From assembly GCA_028826165.1 (NCBI GenBank), contig JAPDFW010000147.1, forward strand, positions 310,001 through 374,000: a stretch of DNA of 64,000 bases. The letters are read 5' to 3'. Shown here piece after piece: positions 52,140-61,896 of this stretch (positions within the stretch are counted from its first letter, which is position 1; each line of letters starts with the position of its first letter). This DNA is from Anaeramoeba ignava BMAN (taxonomy: Eukaryota > Protista > Anaeramoebae). The notes under the pieces were generated by a model. It did not search any database. It was not told where the DNA came from and saw only the letters and a list, made by a program, of their open reading frames with translations. The translations under genes and the position numbers were made by a program.

Positions 52140-55100
52140 TTAATTTTCAAAAAACCAAGAATGTTCTAAAACTTCATCAGCAGTAATTCTTAATTTTGGA
52201 TCCATTATCAAACATTTTTGAATTAAATCAATAGCTTTTTTTTTTTTTTTTTTGATTAATTTTTTTTTAAAACAAAAAATCAAATTAGAATTTATAAATT
52301 TACCTTTATCAGATATTCCTTGAAATTTTTCACTTGGAAAATGAATATCACCATCTCTTATTTGCTTATTAATTGGTTTCTCATTAGGAGAATAAATAAA
52401 AGGAAAAGAACCGGTTAATCTATTTAAAAAAAAAAAGTGGAACAAAAAAATATTAAAAGAAAAAAAAAATCAATTCAATTAGAATATTTTTACAAGACAT
52501 ATAGAATAATTCCACAAGACCAAATATCACAAGATTTTGAGTATCCATGACGGTTTGAATCAAGAATAACTTCAGGAGCAACATAATTTTGAGTTCCAGC
52601 AAATGTACTCATATTTCCACTTAAAACAAATCTAGAATAACCAAAATCAGCCAATTTAATATCTGTATCACTTTCAAGAGATACTAATAAAATATTTTCT
52701 AACTTTAACATTTATATAAAATATATATATATAAAAAAACGAATTTTTGTTTGTTTTTTTCCAAATTTAATTGATTCATTTGATTTTGGAAATGATTTTA
52801 AAAATCACTTTTAAATCACGATGAGCAATATTTTTTGCATGAATATAACTAACTGCAGAAAGTAATTTTCTGAACACAATTTTGGAATTACTTTCTGAAT
52901 ATTTCCCTCTTTTTTGAAGTCTTTTAGATAATTCACCTCCTTTACATCTAAATTTATTTATTTATTTTTTGAATATTTGATTTGGAATATTGATTTTTTT
53001 ATTTACAATTCAAGAACGATATAAATATTTTGTTCAGTTACAAACACATCTTTAACACGAACAATATTTTCATGTGTGATTTTTTTCATGATATTCACTT
53101 CATCCATTGGTTGATTTCTAAAAGGTTTGAACTTAAAAATTGATTATTTTTTTTTTAAATGAATAAATTTTTTTTAGGAAATTAAAATAGATTAATACCT
53201 GGAAAGGAAGGTACTTTGCAATATCGATAATTTTTACAGCATAATTCATTCCTGTTGATTTTTCAATTGCCAAAAAGACTTTTGAGAACTGTCCTCTATT
53301 TTTATCCAAATCAAATTTAAATCCATTTTAAATCAATTTTAAATCAATTTTAAATCAATTTTATATCAATTTTATATCAATTTTATATCAATTTTAAATC
53401 AATTTTAAATTAATTTTAAATCAATTTTATATCAATTTTATATCAATTTTATATTAATTTTATATCAATTTTAAATTAATTTTAAATCAATTTTATATCA
53501 ATTTTATATCAATTTTAAATCAATTTTAAATCAATTTTAAATCAATTTTATATTAATTTTATATTAATTTTATATCAATTTTAAATCAATTTTAAATTAA
53601 TTTTATATCAATTTTAAATCAATTTTATATCCATTTTATATCAATTTTAAATCAATTTTAAATTAATTTTAAATCAATTTTATATCAATTTTAAATCAAT
53701 TTTATATCAATTTTTATATTAATTTTATATCAATTTTATATTAATTTTATATCAATTTTTTATATCAATTTTAAATCAATTTTATATTAATTTTAAATCA
53801 ATTTTAAATTAATTTTAAATCAATTTTAAATTAATTTTAAATTAATTTTAAATTAATTTTAAATCAATTTTAAATCAATTTTATATTAATTTTAAATCAA
53901 TTTTATATCAATTTTATATCAATTTTATATCAATTTTATATTAATTTTAAATCAATTTTATATCAATTTTATATCAATTTTAAATCAATTTTTATATCAA
54001 TTTTAAATCAATTTTATATCCATTTTATATCAATTTTAAATCAATTTTAAATCAATTTTAAATCAATTTTTAAATCAATTTTAAATCAATTTTATATTAA
54101 TTTTAAATCAATTTTATATTAATTTTATATCAATTTTATATCAATTTTATATTAAATTTTATATCAATTTTATATCAATTTTTATATCAATTTTATATCA
54201 ATTTTTAAATCAATTTTAAATCAATTTTATATCAATTTTATATCAATTTTAAATTAATTTTTATATCAATTTTAAATCAATTTTATATTAATTTCATTTT
54301 AATTTTTATATTAATTTTATATCAATTTTAAATCAATTTTTATATCAATTTTATATCAATTTTAAATCAATTTTAAATCAATTTTAAATTAATTTTAAAT
54401 CAATTTTATATCAATTTTATATCAATTTTTATATCAATTTTTATATTAATTTTAAATCAATTTTTATATCAATTTTAAATCAATTTTAAATCAATTTTAT
54501 ATTAATTTTATATCAATTTTTATATTAATTTTAAATCAATTTTAAATCAATTTTAAATCAATTTTAAATCAATTTTATATTAATTTTATATCAATTTTAT
54601 ATTAATTTTAAATCAATTTTATATCAATTTTATATCAATTTTATATCAATTTTTATATTAATTTTTAAATCAATTTTATATTAATTTTTATCAATTTAAA
54701 TCAATTTTATATCAATTTTAAATCAATTTTATATCAATTTTAAATCAATTTTATATTAATATTATATTAATTTTTATATCAATTTTATATCAATTTTTAA
54801 ATCAATTTTTAAATCAATTTTAAATCAATTTTATATCAATTTTTATTAATTTCATTTTTAATTTTAAATCAATTTTATATTAATTTTATATCAGTTTTAT
54901 ATTAATTTTATATCAATTTTTATATCAATTTTCAATTAAATCAATTTTATATTAATTTTATATCATTTTTAAATCAATTTTATATTAATTTTAAATCAAT
55001 TTTTTTATATCCATTTTATATCAATTTTATATTAATTTTATATTAATTTCAAATCAATTTTATATCAATTTATATTAATTTTATATCAATTTTATATCAA

Positions 55101-57389
55101 TTTTATATTAATTTTAAATCAATTTTATATTAATTTTATATTATTAATTTTATATCAATTTTAAATCAATTTTAAATCAATTTTATATATCAATTTTATA
55201 TCAATTTTAAATCAATTTTTAAATCAATTTTATATCAATTTTAAATCAATTTTATATTAATTTTATATCAATTTTAAATCAATTTTATATTAATTTTAAA
55301 TCAATTTTATATTAATTTTAAATCAATTTTATATCAATTTTAAATCAATTTTAAATCAATTTTATATTAATTTTAATTCAATTTTATATTAATTTTAAAT
55401 CAATTTTTAAATCAATTTTAAATCAATTTCAAATCAAATTTAAATCCATTTTAAATCAATTTTAAATCAATTTTAAATCAATTTTATATTAATTTTAAAT
55501 CAATTTTAAATCAATTTTAAATCAATTTTAAATCAAATTTAAATCAATTTTAAATCAATTTTATATCAATTTTAAATCAATTTTATATCAATTTTAAATC
55601 AATTTTAAATCAAATTTAAATCAATTTTAAATCAATTTTATATTAATTTTAAATCAATTTTTATATCAATTTTATATTAATTTTAAATCAATTTTAAATC
55701 AATTTTATATTAATTTTTATATTAATTTTAAATTAATTTTATATCAATTTTAAATCAATTTTAAAATCAATTTTAAATCAATTTTAAATCAATTTTATAT
55801 CAATTTTAAATCAATTTTAAATCAATTTTAAATCAATTTTAAATCAATTTTATATCAATTTTATATCAATTTTAAATCAATTTTAAATCAATTTTTAAAT
55901 CAATTTTATATTAATTTTATATTAATTTTAAATTAATATTATATTAATTTTATATCAATTTTAAATCAATTTTAAATCAGTTTTATATTAATTTTAAATC
56001 AATTTTAAATCAATTTTAAATCAATTTTATATCAATTTTATATTAATTTTATATCAATTTTATATTAATTTTAAATCAATTTTAAATCAATTTTATATCA
56101 ATTTTATATTAATTTTAAATCAATTTTAAATCAATTTTTTAAATCAATTTTAAATCAATTTTATATTAATTTTAAATCAATTTTAAATCAATTTTAAATC
56201 AATTTTAAATCAATTTTATATTAATTTTAAATCAATTTTAAATCAATTTTAAATCAATTTTAAATTAATTTTATATTAATTTTAAATCAATTTTAAATCA
56301 ATTTTATATTAAATTTAAGATTATTTTTATTTTTACTCTCCAAGTGCAATTTTAAGATCATAATTTTGAAAAAAAGCGGACTTTTAAAAAAAGAAAAAAA
56401 AAAGTGGAATGAATAAAATATAAAATTTGTTTTTGGAAATAATAATCAAATTTATTTATTTATTCACTTACATCACTAATATGATCTTGGGGAATTACAT
56501 CAAAATTTTTAAAAATATAATGAGGAATATCCACTATTTAAAAAAAGAAAAAAGAAATAAGAAATAAATTTTTTTTTATAATAAAAATATAAGTTATTTA
56601 CAATTTGGATCTAATCCTGTACTTAAAAAAGAAATTTGATCTGAATTATGAAATTCTTTTGGAACACCTTTTTCCAATCTCTTTAAAAATTAAAATTAAA
56701 ATTAAAATTAAAATTAAAATTAAAATCAAAATTAAAATTGAAATTATTATTAAAATTAAAATTAAAATTTAAAATTAAAATTAAAATTAAAATTAAAATT
56801 AAAATTAAAATTAAAATTAAAATTAAAATTAAAATTAAAATTAAAATTAAAATTAAAATTAAAATTAAAATTAAAATTAAAATTAAAATTAAAATTAAAA
56901 TTAAAATTAAAATTAAAATTAAATTTAAATTTAAAATTAAATTTAAAATTACTTTTCCATTTATAAAAGTTCCATTTGTTGAATAATCTTCTACAGAAAT
57001 ATAAGAAGTATCAAAATCTGAAGTTAAATCAACTTTACGAGAAATAAGACAATGAATACTGCTTATTCTTAAATCCTCTATAACATGAGTGCAAGTTTCT
57101 GCTCTTCCTATTGTAACTTTAATATTAATTTAAAATTATTTTCTTTATGAATAATTTTGACAAAAAAATTTTTTTTTTGAAATTTCTAATTGATTATTCT
57201 ACTTGTTTCTTTTTCTATAAATTGAATATTTGGATATTTTGGATTTGTTGATAATAACATTCCCCATGCATTTTTATCAACTCCATTAATAAATGAAAAT
57301 GCATTATAAGATTCTTGTGTGTCCATTGCATCTTCATCTGTTTCACAATCATCTAAAAAAGAATTTGAATCTGAAGACTCAATTTCCAT
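52140..57389 (-). CDS. FHA-domain CAMK-group Ser/Thr kinase (CHK2/Rad53/Dun1-like), about 11 exons
   Basis: FHA: ITIGR..ISSIHC..EDYSTNGTFING. Kinase: LGE|GQFSKV, AVKII, HRDLK|LENILL, DFG, GTQNYVAPE, DIWSCG. All junctions I checked are GT-AG. Confidence 0.9.
53296..56336. repeat. 3,041-nt kinase intron filled with a 12-mer (TTTTAAATCAAT/TTTTATATCAAT)n
   Basis: Splits the Gly-rich loop LGE|GQF; tandem 12-mers between canonical splice ends. Confidence 0.9.
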
Positions 57390-57709
57390 TTGAAATTAAA
57401 TAATATTTTAAAAAATGAAAAATGAAAAATGAAAAATGAAAAATGAAAAATCAAAATCCAAATTAAAATCAAAATCCAAATCAAAATCCAAATTAAAATC
57501 AAAATCCAAATCAAAATTAAAATTCAAATCAAAATCAAAATCCAAATTAAAATCCAAATTAAAATCCAAATTAAAATCAAAATCCAAATTAAAATCCAAA
57601 TTAAAATTAAAAATCAAAATCCAAATTAAAATTAAAATCCAAAAAATTAAATTTATTAATCCAAAAAATTAAAATCAATCATTTGACTTTTTCTTGTGAA
57701 ATATTCCTA

Positions 57710-58383
57710 TTACATAGCAGCCAATGCTGATAAAACTAAAAGAGTCATTGTGAAAATACACCATATAACAAAGAAAACCAATATTGCAATAGAATCACCA
57801 AAAGTAACATCATATAATTTTCCACATTCTTCTTTCTAATTTTTTTTTTGAAAACAAAATCAATAAAAATCAATCAAAAAAATAATATCCATTTTTTTTT
57901 TTCATTTACAATTCCACTTTTTTTTGCCCAAACTAATCCAATTATTCCCCAAACCAAAAAAAATATATTAAAAAATACTCCACAACAACTACACATTACT
58001 TCAAAATCTCGATCAAATCCTAAAGAAGGTAAAATAATTATCACTGGGAAAGTAATATTACAAACTAAAATCCAAGTCCAAAGTGGTTTTGAACAATCCT
58101 AAAAAGTGGAACAAAATAAGAAAAAGAAAATTTTTTTTTTTTAATTATTTTTTCAATTTATATTCTTAATTTTAATTTAAATTTCCCTTTTTTTGCTTTT
58201 TTTTAAATTTTTTTACTTTATCTTTATCTTGTGAAGCAACTCCAAGTGAAGGTGCAAGAAAAGCAATAATTAAAAAAAAATCAAGAAGAAAAAGAATTTT
58301 GTTTCCTTTCAAAAATTATAAAAAATAAGAATATAAATATAAATTTAAATTTGAAGTTAAAATTTATAAATACTTTTTTTCAT
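57710..58383 (-). CDS. Small multi-TM membrane protein of unknown function, copy A (4 exons)
   Basis: MKK..APSLGVASQDKDK|DCSKPLWTWILVCNI..WGIIGLVWAKKSGI|KEECGKLYDVTFGD..AM*. Confidence 0.8.
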
Positions 58384-58562
58384 TTAAAATACAAATTGAA
58401 AATATAAAAATTAAAAAGGAAAAAAGAAAAAGGAAAAAGAAAAAGAAAAAATGAAATTTGATATTTCAAAAAAATTATTTATTTTTTTAAAATTTGATCG
58501 AAAAAAGTTTTGATCAAATTTTTATTTTGGAATGAAAATTGAAAATAAATTGGAATAAAAAT

Positions 58563-59242
58563 TTAATTAATTCCAGATAAAGCAGCAGCCAAAGCACATA
58601 AGAAAAGAATAATCAAAATAATAGAAAGAACAAATAAACATAAAATTGCAATACCATCTCCAAGTGTAACATTATATAATTTTCCACATTCATCTTTCTA
58701 TATTTTTAATTTTGAATTTTATAATTTTAATTTTTGGATTTTTAATTGAAATTTTTTAAATTATTTACAATTCCACTTCTTGTTGCCCAAACTAATCCAA
58801 TTATTGCCCAAATTATAAGAAATAAATTAAGAAGTAAAGAAATAATCACATAAAGTAATTGAGAATCTTGATTTAAAGCGATAATAGGAAGAACAATATT
58901 TACTAATAAGCAAATATTACAAACTAAAATCCAAGTCCAAAGTGGTTTTGAACAATCCTAAAAAGTGGAACAAAATAAGAAAAAAAAATTTTTATTTTTT
59001 AATTATTTTTTCAATTTATATTCTTAATTTTAATTTAAATTTCCTTTTTTTGCTTTTTTAAATTTTTTTACTTTATCTTTATCTTGTGAAGCAACTCCAA
59101 GTGAAGGAGCAACAATCGCAAGAATAGAAATAACTCCAATAATCCAATAAATGAAAAAAACTGAAAAAGAAAAAGAAAAAGAGAATATCAAATTTTAAAA
59201 AAAAGTAAATTAAGTTTAGAATTAAAATTAACCTTGATCCAT
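58563..59242 (-). CDS. Small multi-TM membrane protein, copy B
   Basis: Paralogue with identical intron positions; MDQ..CSKPLWTW..DECGKLYNVTLGD..SGIN*. Confidence 0.8.
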
Positions 59243-59435
59243 TTTTTTAAAAACAAATTGAATTAAAAATTAATAAAATGAAAATGAAAAAAAATGAAAA
59301 TTTAAAATTCTAAATTGTGTTTGTTTTTTTTGCTTTTTTAAAATTTTGATTAAACAAAAAAAATTTTTTTTTCTTTCAGGAAATTTTTCTTCAATTAAAT
59401 TTATTTGGAAAATGAAATTGGAAATAAAAATTGAA

Positions 59436-60111
59436 TCAAAATCCAGATAAAGCAGAACCCAAAGCACATAAGAAAAGAATAAACAAAATAATAGAAAGAA
59501 CAAGTAAAGCTAAAATTGCAATACCATCTCCAAGTGTAACATTATATAATTTTCCACATTCATCTTTCTATATTTTTAATTTTGAATTTTATAATTTTAA
59601 TTTTTGAATTTTTAATTGAAATTTTTTAAATTATTTACAATTCCACTTCTTGTTGCCCAAACTAATCCAATTATTGCCCAAATTATAAGAAATAAATTAA
59701 GAAGTAAAGAAATAATACCAGATAGAAATTCTGATAATAAACTAAGAGGAGGAACAACAATATTTACTAATAAGCAAATATTACAAACTAAAATCCAAGT
59801 CCAAAGTGGTTTTGAACAATCCTAAAAAGTGGAACAAAAAGAAAAAAAGAAAATTTTTTATTTTTTAATTATTTTTTCAATTTATATTCTTAATTTTAAT
59901 TTAAATTTCCCTTTTTTTGCTTTTTTTTAAATTTTTTTACTTTATCTTTATCCTGTGAAGCAACTCCAAGTGAAGGAGCAACAACTGCAAGAATAGAAAT
60001 AACTCCAATAATCCAATAAGTCACAAGAACTAAAAAAGAAAAAGAGAAAGAGAATATCAAATTTTAAAAAAAAGTAAATTAAGTTTAGAATTAAAATTAA
60101 CCTTGATCCAT
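59436..60111 (-). CDS. Small multi-TM membrane protein, copy C
   Basis: Near-identical to copy B including introns; ends SGF*. Confidence 0.8.
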
Positions 60112-60222
60112 TTTTTTAAAAACAAATTAAATTAAAAATTAAAAAATTAAAAATGAAAAAAGAAAAAAAATGAAATTCCATTTTTCATTTTTTTCTTTAT
60201 TTTTCTTTATTTAAAAATTATT

Positions 60223-61776
60223 ATGAATTCAGATAGCGATGAAAAAATGAAAAGTGAAGAACTTGAACAACCAAAAGATGAAACAAGACAAAAAAGAAAA
60301 CAAACATCAAGTTTTAGACATAATTTTTCAGTAAAAAATCCAGAAATTAAACAAGTTACACCAACAAAATGTAAAAAAATAAATTTAATAAATAATTTTA
60401 AACACAAATATAAAAGTGGATTTATGAATGTGTTTAAGAATTGAGTAGAAATGAATTTACAAATAATTTTATAAATAATTTTATAAATAATTTAATAATT
60501 AATTTTATAAATAATTTAATAAATAATTTAATAAATAATTTTATAAATAATTTTATAAATAATTTAATAAATAATTTTATAAATAATTTTATAAATAATT
60601 TTAATAAATAATTTAATAAATAATTTTATAAATAATTTTATAAATAATTTTATAAATAATTATATAAATAATTTTATAAATAATTTTATATATAAATTTT
60701 ATAAATAATTTTATAAATAATTTTATAAATAATTATTTTATATTTTATAAATAATTATTTTATATTTAATTTTTATAAATAATTTTATAAATAATTTTAT
60801 AAATAATTTTTATAATTAATTTTATAAATAATTTTATAATTAATTTTTATAAATAATTTTATAAATAATTTTATAAATAATTTAATAAATAATTTAATAT
60901 TTAATTTTATAAATAATTTTATAAATAATTTTATAATTAATTTTTATAAATAATTTTATATTTAATTTTAACAAATAATTTAATAAATAATTTTATAAAT
61001 AATTTTTATAAATAATTTTATAAATAATTTTATAAATAATTTTATAAATAATTTTATAAATAATTTTATAAATAATTTTATAAAATAATTTTATAATTAA
61101 TTTTATAAATAATTTTATAAATAATTTAATAAATAATTTAATAAACAATTTTATAAATAATTTTTATAAATAATTTAATAAATAATTTTATAAATAATTT
61201 AATAATTAATTTTATAAATAATTTAATATTTAATTTTATAAATAATTTTATATATAAATTTATATTTAATTTTATAAATAATTTTATAATCAATTTTATA
61301 ATCAATTTTATAATCAATTTTATAATCAATTTTATAAATAATTATTTTAAATTTTATAATAAATAATTATTTTATATTTTATAAATAATTATTTTAAATT
61401 TTATAAATAATTATTTTAAATTTTATAAATAAAAGCAATTGAAGGATGGATTATTTTTGTAACAAATATACATGAAGAAGCACAAGATGAAGATTTAAGA
61501 GAAGCATTTTCTGAATTCGGACCGATCAAAAATATGCATTTAAATATTGACAGAAAAACAGGATTTCTTAAAGGATATGCACTTATAGAATATTCTGAAT
61601 ATTCCGAAGCAGAAAATGCAATTAATATAATGAACGGAAGTGAAATTTTAGGAAGAGCTTTAAACGTTGGATGGGGATTTATTAATGAACCACTTAGAGA
61701 ATTATCATCTAAAAGAAAACAAGGAGGAATAATGGATATTGATATTAAAAGACCAAAATCGGATAAAAAAGATTAA
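60223..61776 (+). CDS. RBM8A: Exon junction complex RRM protein Y14/RBM8A; exons 60223-60370 and 61436-61776
   Basis: PTKS|IEGWIIFVTNIHEEAQDEDL..FSEFGPIKNMHLNIDRKTGFLKGYALIEY. Confidence 0.95.
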
Positions 61777-61896
61777 AAAAAATAAAATAAAAAAAAAAGA
61801 AGAATAATAAAAAAATTTTTCCCCTTTTTTATTTTTATTTTTTATTTTTTTTATTTTTTTTATTTTTTTTCATTTCGTTTTTCTTCTTCTTTTAAA

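Noticed and set aside
789-61329. Dozens of poly-I/L/K/N/F ORFs in the ORF track
   Set aside because: They are stop-free read-through of microsatellites or antisense shadows of real exons.
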